A model generated the notes under the pieces. The model worked only from the letters and a program-made list of their open reading frames with translations, had not been told where the DNA came from and ran no database searches. The translations under genes were made by a program, and so were the position numbers. Below are positions 12,148-24,509 of a stretch of 63,991 nucleotides of DNA, one piece after another (position 1 is the stretch's first letter; each line of letters opens with the position of its first letter). This stretch comes from Octopus bimaculoides (Eukaryota). The stretch spans positions 8,639,209 to 8,703,199 of the forward strand of contig NC_069004.1 in assembly GCF_001194135.2 (NCBI RefSeq), in the 5' to 3' direction.

Positions 12148-12324
12148 TACTAAATTAAGGGTGTGATTTATACACGAGTGCAACTTATATACAAGTGCGA
12201 CTTATGCTGAGTGCGTCTTATATGTGAGTGTGACTTATATCTGAGTAAATATGGTAATTTAATTTGTGTGCAAAGAAAAAAATGAAGAGATATTTGAAAA
12301 GTATGAAAATCATTGTAAACTTAC

Positions 12325-12492
12325 TTGTGTGTCTTTCTGGACAAGCTTCACAAGGGGTATTCCATGCCTTTGCAACAGAACAGCAGCACATCATTTTGGT
12401 CAAATTACCTGACAGTTCGTTTTCACAGATAAGTTCGTGTGGCCAAGTGGTTGATTTATAGTAAGTGGAATAACAGTTTCCTTTACGCATAT
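12325..12492 (-). CDS. FBN: Fibrillin exon, TB5 N-terminal part
   Basis: 168 nt; [56 protein letters not shown]. Confidence 0.95.
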
Positions 12493-13116
12493 CTGACAAA
12501 CGAGAAGTAAAGAACACAAGGAATATAGATGTCTGTGCTTAACTTATATTGTGGATTCACTTGTTGTCAACGACAAATGAGGGTTTCTGTAATTTTCTTG
12601 TTCAACAAACTGCAAGGATGATTTGTTTATAGTGATTGAATGTTTGTGATGTGTGTTAGTTCCCTCCCTCTATCTAATTACACATTGTCTGTATAAGTGC
12701 ATGGTGTTGTCGTGTCAGATGTTGAATTGATTGTAAAGCAATGAGAAGTTAAATGTTTTCTGCACTGCCTGCTTGAGGAATTGAAACCATGATCTTGTGA
12801 TCATGAGCGCAACACCCTAATCACTAGGCCATGCACCATTATGTGTTTGTGTTTGTGTGTGTGTGTGTGTATGTGTGTGTGTGTGTGTGTGTGTATACGC
12901 GTGTGTACATACATGTACAAGCACAACATATGGAAAAAAGAAAAGATTCCTTTCTTTTTCTTTTTTTTTGCATCATTCCACTTTTTGAACTCACCTTCAT
13001 CTGACGTGATTGCTATTATTGACTAAACCATTGAATTGGGTGCTGAAGCATGGCCACAATTCAGTGAGTGAAACTAATGAAAGAATAAAAGAAAAAGAAC
13101 TGACAAATATACGAAC

Positions 13117-13239
13117 CCATGCAGTGTTGATCTGGTGTTAATAGATGTCCTTCTGGACAGAAACAGGTGTAGTTACCCTCTGTATTGTAACAGGTACCAG
13201 CACCACACAGGTTTGGATTCAAAGAACATTCATCAATGT
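13117..13239 (-). CDS. FBN: Fibrillin exon, cbEGF24-equivalent
   Basis: 123 nt; DIDECSLNPNLCGAGTCYNTEGNYTCFCPEGHLLTPDQHCM; donor GTTCGT. Confidence 0.93.
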
Positions 13240-13349
13240 CTGTGAAAGAAAAATGAAAAAAATGAATAAACAAATAATAAATAATAAAAAAAACATTTAC
13301 GGATACTCTAAGTGTACACATATACAGTCGCAGATATTCTGATAAAACG

Positions 13350-13801
13350 CAGAGGACAGGTACTCTAATAAGATATGAACAATGATTAGCATTGTAATGA
13401 AATAGAAAAATCAACAGATACTCTAATAAAATAAAAACAATGACAGGTACTCTAACCAGATATGATAGGTACTCTAATAAAATAAAAACAATGACAGGCA
13501 TTCTAAAAGAATACAGACAACAGGAACTCTGATAAAATACAATAACAGGTACTCTAATAAAATAGAAACAATGACAGGTACTCTAATAGAGTACAAATGA
13601 CAACAGGTAGTCTAACTAAATACAATGACAAGTACTCTAGCAAAATAGAAACAACAAGTATTCTAATAAAATAGAAACAATGACATGTACTCTAATAAAC
13701 TACAAACAACAACAGGTGCTCTAATACGGTACAATAACAGGTACTCTAATAAAACAGAAACAACAGGTACTCTAAATATATACTCACCCTAACCCTAACC
13801 C
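13350..13801. repeat. Degenerate ~30-bp minisatellite ending in CCCTAACCCTAACCC
   Basis: More than a dozen recurrences of (A/G)GTACTCTAATAAAAT..AAACAA..ACA; telomere-type hexamers at 13787-13801. Confidence 0.85.
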
Positions 13802-13920
13802 GAATTGTAGGCTCACACTCGCAATAACTCTCTAACTGCATACGGTTATGCATAATAAATACACTCACACAGTATTCTTTCTTTTTTATAAAGAATAAAT
13901 GGAGAAATAAGGATACATAC

Positions 13921-14046
13921 CAATGCACGTGTGGAGAGTAGAATCCAAGGCATATCCAGAATTACATTTACAGAAGAAACTGCCAAAAGAGTTTTGGCAT
14001 TCACCTCCTTGGCATACATTCTGGATTTCGGCACATTCATCAATAT
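13921..14046 (-). CDS. FBN: Fibrillin exon, cbEGF23-equivalent
   Basis: 126 nt; [42 protein letters not shown]. Confidence 0.95.
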
Positions 14047-14399
14047 CTGTTAAACAGAATTATTGCAAAAAAAAAAAAAAAGTTATCAAAGAATTGTCTT
14101 AGAATAAAGGTTTCTTACACAATTAATAATTATTTATGATTTCTATATAGGTGAGAAGTGGCAGTGTAAAACACTGGGAGTTTTGACACTGGGAGTGAGG
14201 AAAAAGTGGCAAAAAAAAAAACTGCCAAAAACAAAAGTATATAAAAAGAAAACGCTAGGTTATCTTCAGACTTGAAACCGTGTATGCATACTTACAGCTA
14301 AGCAGATTTCTTGAAGTGTTCCTAAAGAACATGTGTATATGAAATATATTTCATATAGGTATAAGAAATACTTAAAAGGTTTCGTTTTTAAAAGGGAAG

Positions 14400-14900
14400 G
14401 AGACAGGTTGCTCTGAAAGCATAGTTGCTAGAATAAGAACAGGCTGGGCAATGTTCAGTGAGCTATCACTTTTGTTGGTAACAAAGGGTCTCTTCCTCAG
14501 AGTGAAAGGCAGTTTGTATGATGCCTGTGTACAAACAGTTATGCTACATGGCCATGAAACATGGGCTGTGATTACAGAAGACATGCAAAGGTTTGAAAGA
14601 GATGAAGTCAGCATGCACTGCTAGATGGGTATAAGAGGCATCAGATGTAATGTACAGGAAAGGAGATTGTGCTGGTATGGTTATGTGATGCATATGGATG
14701 AGGAGAGTTGTGTAAAGAAGTATTGATCTCTAATCGTTGAGGGAACCTGTGGGAAGGGTAAACCCAGGAAGAAGTGGGATGAAGTAGTGAGAAATGATCT
14801 TCAGATGTTGGACCCTGCAGAGGGGATGACAAAGGACTGAGACCTCTGATGATTTGCTGTACTAGAGAAGACATGTCAAGCTAAGTGAAATCATGGCCAT
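14400..14900 (+). mobile_element. RTE-clade LINE 3' fragment (RT C-terminus, disrupted)
   Basis: SIVARIRTGWAMFSELS..LYDACVQTVMLHGHETWAV..RRLCWYGYVMHM..GKPRKKWDEVV, typical of RTE ORF ends. Confidence 0.85.
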
Positions 14901-15134
14901 CCATACATACAACCATATCTTTTATGACTATACTCTCCTTCCCCTGACACACACACACACATACATACACACACACACATACATACACACACATAAATAT
15001 ATGTATGGTAGACCTTTTAAACATTTGTAAAATATATGCCATATTTGGAAGAAAGTAACTTTCTTTTATACATACAAATATAAATTGAGGATTAATTAAT
15101 GCTAATTAATAACAATGAAATAGATTTTAATTAC

Positions 15135-15203
15135 CTTCAAGAATGACTGTGATTATGTTTGGTCGGAAGCCAGGACCTCCTGGGCACAAACTTTTGTGTT
15201 CAA
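15135..15203 (-). CDS. FBN: Fibrillin exon, TB4 C-terminal half
   Basis: 69 nt; (L)EHKSLCPGGPGFRPNIITVILE; absent from the ORF track. Confidence 0.95.
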
Positions 15204-15249
15204 CTAATGAGGGAAGAAAACAAATAAAAATAATATTAAATAATGGAGT

Positions 15250-15511
15250 TACTGATTACTCAGGGAGATTCAGCGTGGCACAGAGTGTGACAAGGCTGAC
15301 CCTTTGAAATACAGGTACAAAAGAAACAGGAAGAAAGAATGAGAGAAAGTTGTGGTGAAAGAGTACAGCAGGGTTCACCACCACCCCTGCCGGAGCCTCG
15401 TGGAGCTTTAGGTGTTTTCGTTCAAACACTTACAACACCCGGTCTGGGAATCGAAACCGCGATCCTATGACCACGAGTCCGCTGCCCTAACCACTTGGCC
15501 ATTGCGCCTCC
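15250..15511 (-). mobile_element. tRNA-headed SINE
   Basis: Minus strand starts TGGAGGCGCAATGGCCAAGTGGTTAGG (A box) ... GGTTTCGATTCCC (B box). Confidence 0.7.
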
Positions 15512-15592
15512 AAACTCAGAACATAGCGATGGGTGAAATACTGCTAAGCATTTCATTCAGCATGCTAATGATTCTGCCAGCTCACTGCCTTA

Positions 15593-15630
<38 letters not shown>

Positions 15631-16018
15631 TAATAATGATTTCAAAGGGCAGCAATTTTGGGGGAGGGGATGAGTCGATTTTATTGACCCCAGTGTTCAA
15701 CAGGTACTTATGTTTTTGACCCCAAAAGGATGAAAGGTAAGATCGACCTCGGCAGAATTTGAACTTAGGACGTAATGAAGAGCATGCTAATGATTCTGCC
15801 AGTTCAATAATAGTGATTACTTTTGATTCAAGCACACGACCAGCAATTTTTAAGTGAAATGGTCAGTCAATGCGATCAATATATATTTGGTATCTCATTT
15901 TACCAACCCCTACATTATAATAGTAAGTATATAGTAATAACTATAATGATAACATAGCGAATAAAAATTTAAATTATGAAGAAAATACCAGCTGTAAAAG
16001 AGGAGATTTATAACTTAC

Positions 16019-16186
16019 GAGTTCCATTCAAGGGACAAGCTTCACAACGTGCAGGAATTTCTGCCCATCCTTGGCCAACAGTACAACAGCAGGTGGCTTT
16101 AGATAAATCGTATGACAATTCTGTTGAGCATTGTAGAGTTTGGCGGTAACGTTCAACTTCAAAATAGCATGTTCCAAGGCGTTTGT
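16019..16186 (-). CDS. FBN: Fibrillin exon, TB4 N-terminal half
   Basis: 168 nt; DKRLGTCYFEVERYRQTLQCSTELSYDLSKATCCCTVGQGWAEIPARCEACPLNGT. Confidence 0.95.
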
Positions 16187-16764
16187 CTGGGGAAATAGCA
16201 AAAACAAGGATTAAAAATTGATTTACTGCATATACCATTTGAAAGGTAAATTTACTGAAGATACCAAAGATTTTGGTGTAGCTATAATTAGAAGGAAATC
16301 CAGCTGTAGAAACTATGCCAAAACAGACAAGTGGAGCTAGTGCTAATCTCTTTTACTCTGACTGTCACTATCTTTTCCCCTAACTCTCTCCTATCTTCCT
16401 CCCCTTTGTTGCCCTAATGGGGTAGCCAAGTATCTTCTCATTTGTAGGACAGCTATCCCTGTTCTTCTATCATAATCCAACCTCTCACTTGGCTCATGAT
16501 CACTTCTCTTGGTTCTCCTCCCTGTCTCAGATGAGAGGTCTTTTTCTTGTTTGCTACTTAGTTTCTTAATGATCCTGAGAGCTATGCGAGCGAGTGGAGT
16601 GCCAGCTCCTTGTAGGGTTTCCCATGCTGGACAGGTAAAAAAATAGAGGCTGGACTAATAAGGCTCTAATACTTGAATTTAAATCTGAAATGAAAATTCT
16701 TTTGAGAAGAAATATCTTTTGAAATTTAGTTTAATATAAAAATAAAAGAGATGATTTTGCTTAC

Positions 16765-16887
16765 CTATACATCCAGTTCCACTAGGATTAAGTTCATAGT
16801 TAAATGGACAATGGCATTCATAGCCTCCTTCTAAATTCTTGCAATTACCATAAAGACAATTGTCAGGAATTCTACATTCATCAATGT
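16765..16887 (-). CDS. FBN: Fibrillin exon, cbEGF22-equivalent
   Basis: 123 nt; DIDECRIPDNCLYGNCKNLEGGYECHCPFNYELNPSGTGCI. Confidence 0.95.
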
Positions 16888-17029
16888 CTGTAATTAAACA
16901 AAAACAAAACAATAGACATAACTTTATCAAAAAAACCAAAAAAACCATGAAGGCTTTTAAAAAGTATAAGCAACAACAACAACAGCAACAAGAACAGCAG
17001 CAACAACAATAGTTACGATAATAATAGCA

Positions 17030-18089
17030 ATACTGGTTGCTAGCGAAGTGTTTTTTCATGTTGAGAAACAGATGATTGTTAGATGGAGCCAAATCAGGAG
17101 AATGGGTGGCTGATCAACCAGCTCAAAGCAACAATCATGCACAGCAGCCAATGAAAGCAAGGACTTGTGTGCTAGAGTGTTGTCCTGATGACACAAGACC
17201 TCTTTTGCCAGTTTCCTTGGACCTTCAGTCTTGACAGCCTTTCGTAACTGTCTCAGCAAGTTGCCGTAGTACTCTCAATCGATGGTGTGGCTCTTTTAAA
17301 CATAATCAATAAACACAATGCCTTTTGCATTCCAAAAACTGTGGCCATCACATTTCCTGCAGATGAAATGACTTTAGACTTCTTTGGAGCAGGTGAGGAA
17401 GGGTATTTCCACTGCATGGATTGTCTCTTTGTCTCTGGCTCAAAGAGATGAAGTCAATACTCATCATGGGTTAGGAAACGTTCAAGGAAACCAGCTGGAC
17501 CTGCCTCAAACACTGTCTGATTTTGCCATGAAGTGATCAACCCAGTGTGCTTTTGATTAGATGTCAGAAGATGTGACACCCACCAAGCACAAACCCTTGT
17601 CATGTCAAGTTCATTGTGCAGGATATTCTTGACTTTATCATGGGATATGCTAATAACATTGGCTCTTTGATTTATCGTCAATCGCTTATCATCCATTATC
17701 ATGTAGTGAACATAATCAAGATTTTCCTTGGTGGTGACAGTTGCAGGACGTCCAGACCATGGGTAATCAGCAAGACTCTCCCTTCCCCTCCTAAATTCTG
17801 TTGTCCTCTTTTGCACTGTTGATAAAGCTGGAGCATCATTCCCTAATGTAGCAACCATGTCTGCATGAAAGTCATTGGAGGCTAAACCCTTTTTCTACAG
17901 GTACTTGATAACCCCATGATGCCAAATTTTGTCTATTTTGAAGAGAAGTTGCTACTAGTTACATTTGAAGTCTTCTTACCTAGAAAGAAACAATGCAGTT
18001 ACTAATAAGGAGAGTTGAAATGAATGCATGCAAAGCTTTAGCATCACTCCTTCATAGTCAGCCAATGAATTTTTTAGCCCACCCTCATA
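17030..18089 (-). mobile_element. Mariner element, 3'-truncated, pseudogenised transposase
   Basis: ORF pieces MVATLGNDAPALSTVQKRTTEFRRGRESL..GRPAT, WWVSHLLT (WVP-like), HQDNTLAH, LFLNMKKHFASNQY; putative left TIR TATGAGGGTGGGCTAAAAAATTCATTGGCTGAC at 18089-18057; no right TIR seen. Confidence 0.9.
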
Positions 18090-18094
18090 CCTAC

Positions 18095-18220
18095 CAGTGC
18101 AGTTTCCTCCGGTGGGGTCAACTTGGTAACCTTGGTTGCAGATACAGTTGAATAATCCAACACCATTTTGACATTTTCCATTGACACATAGATTCTCAAA
18201 CATGACACATTCATCAATGT
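18095..18220 (-). CDS. FBN: Fibrillin exon, cbEGF21-equivalent
   Basis: 126 nt; [42 protein letters not shown]. Confidence 0.95.
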
Positions 18221-19673
18221 CTTGAAAAAAAAAAGAAGATAAATAAAAAACAAAATCATAAATGGAAAATAAAAAAAGGCAATTATGAACAAGAAACCAC
18301 CAACACTACTGCAACCATTACCACAACCACTATGATATCTAGCAATCAGGTGGGAAAAAGTGAAATATAAATTTTCCAAAATAATTTGTTAGTAGATGTG
18401 TGAGGTAGTGAAAAAGATTATAATAAAATAAGGCTATTTCAAATATGCCTAAGAGATATTTGAATTTGTTAAAAGGCTTTTGACTGCAGTTTGTCATCAA
18501 GAAAGATTCCCATCAACGACCAGAAATAAGAATTTGAAATGTGCAGCAAACAGAATTCAAAACTGAATCCACATTTTCCCTCATTGTCAAACAAATCCTC
18601 TGTCTATTGTCTCAGCCTTTTTGCACTCAGAGATTAATGAGAAAGTGCTGACTTTTTGATCTTTTTTGAGGCATTACTTGATCAATTCTGATTAAGGACA
18701 AATAACCCTATGGTTTTTAGCTCAACCTACTTTGGTCAGCAAGTTATAAAAGCACAAGCATTTACTCATGTTTTTATAACTTGCTATTTTCCTTCTCTTT
18801 GGTCACTCGTGTCTGGAAAGATAGCAATTCTGTCAATGTGCTATTTAATACATGCAAAGGCAAACCTCTTATCCTCTCTCACTGCATACATTCTTTTTAC
18901 TATGTCTTTCTCCATACCAGCCACAAAGAAGCTAAGCTAATTAATATATGCAATTAACCATGGAATTGGAGAATATTTTGCTGCATCAACACATAACAAA
19001 GTGTGCGCACAAACAAACAATTCATTGCAGTTGTATACTTCTTATATATTGTCGTGACTAATATTATAATCATCTTCAATATTGTAACAACATAATTGAT
19101 ATATAATAAATGGCTATATTAATAGTCAAGCAAATATTGTTTTCATATATTGTCATTACAAATGCATGCATCCATCATTTCAAGAGAGGGTGCTCTGAGC
19201 TGACTATAGTGTATTAGCATCTTTTTGCCTTAAACAAGAATTTTTCTCTATGATAAACAGCTGAGAAATATCTCTCAAATGTATTTGAACTGGTCTTAAA
19301 TTTGTTTCCAAAATAATAGTTCGATGTTTTACATCAATTTTTCAAATCTTTGCATAAACGAAATAGTCGAAGTAATTTGAAAGGACACAACATAATGGCA
19401 GTATAAGATTTGAACTCATGATCATGTGGTCAATAGTTCAGTATCTTAACCTCACAACCACTGTGCCTTTATATAAATGTCTACCCCTTCATTTATCGAT
19501 GTAAATACTGTATTTATATATTGTCATATCTTGCCTGGTGGAAAGCATTGTTTGATGTAAGATTCTATATGGGCAGATGAGTTGCTCTCCTTACTACCAA
19601 TCCCATAAAAAAATGTCTTTGGATCGAAAGTCATGTCAAACAACTGAGTTAGAGCATACAGGTCATAACTTAC

Positions 19674-19799
19674 CGATGCAGGCTCTGTCGTTGTCTGTTG
19701 GTGTAAAACCCATGTCACATTCACATTTGTATCCCCCTTCGTAGTTAAAGCATTGACCATGTTCACAGAGGTAAGGATTCAGAGAGCATTCATCAACAT
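19674..19799 (-). CDS. FBN: Fibrillin exon, cbEGF20-equivalent
   Basis: 126 nt; DVDECSLNPYLCEHGQCFNYEGGYKCECDMGFTPTDNDRACI. Confidence 0.95.
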
Positions 19800-20596
19800 C
19801 TGTAAAGACAATGAAAAAAAAAACAGAACATCAATACAATGCAGAGATAAAATTGGAAGGAGAGGAGGGAAAGAAAGATACAAGAGAAAAGCAGTTGAAT
19901 GGCATCTGAGTTATCTGTAAGTTTAGTAAATCACATTAGGAACAGGGTATATGGGAACATGTGCCAATCTTTTAAAACTGAGGATGAGGCAAAGAAGCTG
20001 CCAGGACTTATGTACTACACAGCTGTATACAGGATATACCATAGAGGAAGCATAAGGACCATGAACAAAGATACTGATAGTAACACTGACTTTTTGGCTT
20101 GAGTCATCTTTACAGCACAATGTAGGGGTGCGGCGGTGATCCACGATGACATGTGGTTGAATGGGGTTTGCAGAGATGTCCAGGTCTTAGTGATCCCAAA
20201 TACCACAAGGTTATCTCAGAATTGTACCTCATAGTAAGAGTGAAAAAGAGGGAGGGATGTCAATCAGATTAGTGCAGAGGACCTAGTTGTTACATGTGTG
20301 GTAGTAAAGGTCACCTAAGGGCTTTTTACTCATTAGCACATGAAAGGAAAAACATAGCAGGAGTAATATCAACTGCAGGGTCCTGAACTGGGGGCCATGT
20401 GGCTGCTGCTGCTGTTTTCACTGGTCACAATATCAGAAGATAGTGAAGGATATCAGAGGTTAGAAAGGACAAGCAAAATCGTTTCATCCTCAGTGTTTTG
20501 AGGATCAGTGGTTGACGAAGAAAATATCAGTCAAATATAGGAGTCCATTTAATCAACTATACATCCCTCTCCCCAGATTTGTGACCATTATTTATT

Positions 20597-20826
20597 TCTT
20601 TAATGCCCACAGGGGGCCAAATATAGAGGGGACAAACAAGGACAGACAAAGGGATTAAGTTGATTACATTGATTACAGTGTGTAAATGATACTTATTTAA
20701 TCGACCCTAAAAGGATGAAAGGCAAAGATGACCTCGGCAGAATTTGAACTCAGAATGTAACGGCAGATGAAATACCGCTAAGCATTTCGCCCGTCGTGCT
20801 AACGTTTCTGCCAGCTCACCGCCTTA
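20597..20826 (-). mobile_element. SINE family A (most abundant family in the window), well-preserved copy
   Basis: Minus strand GGCGGTGAGCTGGCAGAAACGTTAGCACG..GAGTTCAAATTCTGCCGAGGTC..TTTGCCTTTCATCC. Homologs near 11520, 15640, 26220, 29120, 30750, 35680, 35940, 40800, 44200-44810, 53700 (minus) and 40557, 58495, 59128 (plus). Published family name not assigned. Confidence 0.85.
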
Positions 20827-20859
20827 TTTGTGACCATTATTATTATTATTATTATCATT

Positions 20860-21290
20860 ATTGAGTGAGAGAGCAGTTCATGCCATCAAAGTGACACTGG
20901 GGTTCAAATATACGAAGCCCAGTACACCCATCATGACTATCTGTCCAATAAGGGTACACCAGGCACATGCATCATAACCATATGTGTGCGACATGGTGAT
21001 CTCATATCAAGACAAGATAAACAGTGTATGAGCCTAGTTAGAATTTTCTGCAGGTCGAGTAGCCCATGCCACTCAAAAAGTCCCTGAATAAGGATTGTTT
21101 AAGGATGTTGAATAAAACATGCATATTCCCAGAGGTGAATTATTCAAACCCCAAAGAATTCCTCTCAACACATGGCTATGATGCTCCCCCACTACTTCTG
21201 CTCGTGATCAGAGATGCACAAATCATCAGCCACCAAGGGACATACTCAACCGGTTAAGGTCAAACAACTGACAAGCAAATCTGTGGTATT
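20860..21290. mobile_element. Interspersed repeat, family shared with 50160-50392 (opposite orientation)
   Basis: GATGCTCCCCCACTACTTCTGCTCGTGATCAGAGATGCAC..CAACTGACAAGCAAATCTGTGGTATTG is the reverse complement of sequence at about 50280-50392. Confidence 0.7.
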
Positions 21291-21627
21291 GCGTTTCAGC
21301 CTTTCGGGGTTGATAAATTATGTACCAGTTACATACCGGGGTCGATCTAATCGACTGCTCCCCCCTCCCCGAAAAATTCAGCTTTGTGCCTAAAATAGTA
21401 AAGATTATTATTTTTATCATCATCATGATTGTCCTCATCATTTAAGTACAATCATACATTTCTTTTGCAAACTCATGAGTCATAATATAATAATTAATTG
21501 CTCTAAATGAGTACAAATTATCTTTTAATTTTATTTGTTTCAGTCATTAAACTGCTGCCATGGTGGGACAGTGCCTTGTAGAATTTTAGTTGAAGGAATC
21601 GACCTCAGTACATGAAAAGAGACATAC

Positions 21628-21750
21628 CTGTGCAGGTGAAACCATCTCCACTAAATCCATCTTCACAGACACAACGGAAGGAACCAACTTGGTTAATACA
21701 ATCAGCATCAGGATGACAGCCACCATTATTTCGAACACATTCATTCTTGT
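21628..21750 (-). CDS. FBN: Fibrillin exon, cbEGF19-equivalent
   Basis: 123 nt; [41 protein letters not shown]. Confidence 0.95.
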
Positions 21751-22218
21751 CTGAAAACAAGAAATGACAAAAAATATAAAAGACCATTTTTTTTTTTTAC
21801 AAGTAAAATAAAAAAAAAATTCTTTAGATTTTTTCCCCCCTTCATTTTTCTATTAAAGTATTTTTGAAAATCTTTTGTTACATTTCTTTGTTGAAATATA
21901 TTGTTTCAGCTAACTTTGAACTTAGAATATGTCAAGTTTTATAATTTGCTTATTTCATAAGCACCAGTATAGAAACACAGATCAAATAGCCATAAACTAG
22001 GATCAAATAGCTGTAGTGGAAGTACAATCAATAGCAGAATGTATGAGAAGGGGTAACAACATCAACTGTGATCCTGTAGCGATGGAATCAATTGAGCGAA
22101 CAAAGAGGGGACAATACATGACATGTGGGGACACACACCAAGAAAAACATAGGACAAACGTATCTCACCATGACCATCACACCTCACCACAGAATCAAAA
22201 TAATGTGAAATACTTTAC

Positions 22219-22341
22219 CTCTACATTTGCCTCCCACTTCTCTGTAACCAACTTTACAATCGCATTTGTAGGAACCTTCAGTATTGATGCAGTTAGCATT
22301 TCTATCACAGGTGTTCTCTCCAGTTTCACATTCATCAGTAT
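22219..22341 (-). CDS. FBN: Fibrillin exon, cbEGF18-equivalent
   Basis: 123 nt; DTDECETGENTCDRNANCINTEGSYKCDCKVGYREVGGKCR; absent from the minus ORF track. Confidence 0.95.
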
Positions 22342-22564
22342 CTGTTCATTAAAAGAAAGATGGTATTAATTGATTTATGTTTATGAATTTGTTTTGTAAG
22401 ATTCTTGATGTGAATTCCTGTGTTGAAACAGATATTGTTATACTTGGGGATGGCCATATTTTACAAACTAAACACACACACACTACATATTTGGTCTTTA
22501 CTTCAGCTATGTTATTATTATTATTATTATTATTTTAGTTTTCCTGTCAAAGCCCTTTCGTCAC

Positions 22565-22735
22565 ACACAGGACTGGCCCTAGGGCTGCTGGCGCCCTGGG
22601 CAAGCTGAACTCCAGCATGTACAAGCTGACAGTTATGGAAACTTCCTTGTCTTTGTCATTCCCTCCTTGGCGCCCCCTAGCACATGGAACCTCGGACAAC
22701 TGTCTGAGTTGCCAGTACTTTGAGCTGGCCCATGT
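22565..22735. mobile_element. Possible degenerate hAT-type MITE
   Basis: GC-rich island from CAGGACTGGCCCTAGG to GAGCTGGCCCATG resembles CAGGGCCGGCC-type termini; termini are imperfect. Confidence 0.35.
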
Positions 22736-23017
22736 CACATATTCATGGAATAAGCAGAACAAGAAGAGACATGTGGAGTAGAGAGTCGCTGAAGAGAATC
22801 AGGATGGGTGACATGTGGGATAGAGGGGTCACTGAAGTGAGTCACTGGATGCATGATGAAAGAGCTTTGACAATGAGAGACAAAAACATACATTGGCTAA
22901 AATGAATCAACATTATTCTGAAGTGAACCAAAGTTTAGAGACAAAAAGAAGTCAGAACTTGGATCTGATAAATGAGTTGGGGGAGAAAAAGACAGAAAGA
23001 TTTTTTTGTTTTCTTAC

Positions 23018-23143
23018 CGAAACAGCCATTTCCAATTCCTTTCTGCATTGAATAACCAACATTACATTTACAAGTGAATGATCCATGAGTATTGACACAA
23101 GTCCCAGTACGGCAGATGTTGGGATCTTCACATTCATTGATAT
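23018..23143 (-). CDS. FBN: Fibrillin exon, cbEGF17-equivalent
   Basis: 126 nt; DINECEDPNICRTGTCVNTHGSFTCKCNVGYSMQKGIGNGCF. Confidence 0.95.
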
Positions 23144-23565
23144 CTGAAATATAATTAAATTAAATGAGAAAATAATTCAAAGCCAAAAATACAGATTCAA
23201 TAGTAATTTGTAGTAATTAATGATTTTTAAAAAAAAAGGGTGTAAAAAAAGGGGGAACAATCGTAGTGATATGAAATAAAGAATGTTGTTATGGGTGAAG
23301 GTGAATGGCTCAGTGGTTAGAGCATTGGAGTCACAATCATGAGGTAGTGAGTTCGATTCTCGGACCGGGCTGCGTGTTGTGTTCTTGAAGCATGGTTGGA
23401 ATTCCTTATTAAAACAGGGACAGAGAAAATTTAATTTTGATTCCTCAAAAATGAATTAAGATGAATTTCAGAGTTGGTGAAAAACACAGCATTTGAAATA
23501 TTTCTTTTATGATCATACACACACGTGCGCACGCACATGCACTTGTGCACACACATGCTCGTGTG

Positions 23566-23610
<45 letters not shown>

Positions 23611-23900
23611 GCATAATCACACACTTGTTATATATATATATTTATTTGGGTGGACAAACAACCGAAAAAAGTACTCAATATATATGCACATACACACGTG
23701 TGTGTTCATATATATACAATATATATATATATATATATACAATNNNNNNNNNNNNNNNNNNNNNNNNNNNNNNNNNNNNNNNNNNNNNNNNNNNNNNNNN
23801 NNNNNNNNNNNNNNNNNNNNNNNNNNNNNNNNNNNNNNNNNNNNNNNNNNNNNNNNNNNNNNNNNNNNNNNNNNNNNNNNNNNNNNNNNNNNNNNNNNNN

Positions 23901-23959
<59 letters not shown>

Positions 23960-24002
23960 GTTTTCAGGAAATAGTGAATAAACAGAAAAATAATATACAT
24001 AC

Positions 24003-24128
24003 CAATGCAGTTCTTGTTATCTTCAGAAGGTCGCAATCCATCTGTGCAGATGCAGTTGTATCCCCCATTTAAGTTGGTACATTTGCCACCTGCACAAATA
24101 TCCTCTCTCTCACGGCATTCATCGACAT
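24003..24128 (-). CDS. FBN: Fibrillin exon, cbEGF16-equivalent
   Basis: 126 nt; DVDECREREDICAGGKCTNLNGGYNCICTDGLRPSEDNKNCI. Confidence 0.95.
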
Positions 24129-24445
24129 CTGCAAGAAACACGATAAAAATGTAAGCAGGCCACAAGGGTATGATGACATAGTATTGGTAAAGCTATGTGC
24201 CAATGGTGATGACATTTAGTATATATAACTGAATGTCTGTTTACCTTATCATTTTGGTTTGGTTTTTCAGGAATGATGTGACAAATATAAATAGAAAGAT
24301 AACTGCATGTTTGTAAGTCAGAAAGTCATTGATATATATATATGTCTGAATGTATATATGAATGTATATATAAATATATATTTATATATAAAAATGTTTT
24401 TGTATGTGTGTGTGTGTGTGTGTGTGTGTATACGTATAAATGTGC

Positions 24446-24509
<64 letters not shown>

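Noticed and set aside
17454-17858. Domesticated transposase gene
   Set aside because: The element has stops and frameshifts and is 3'-truncated; it is a decayed mariner
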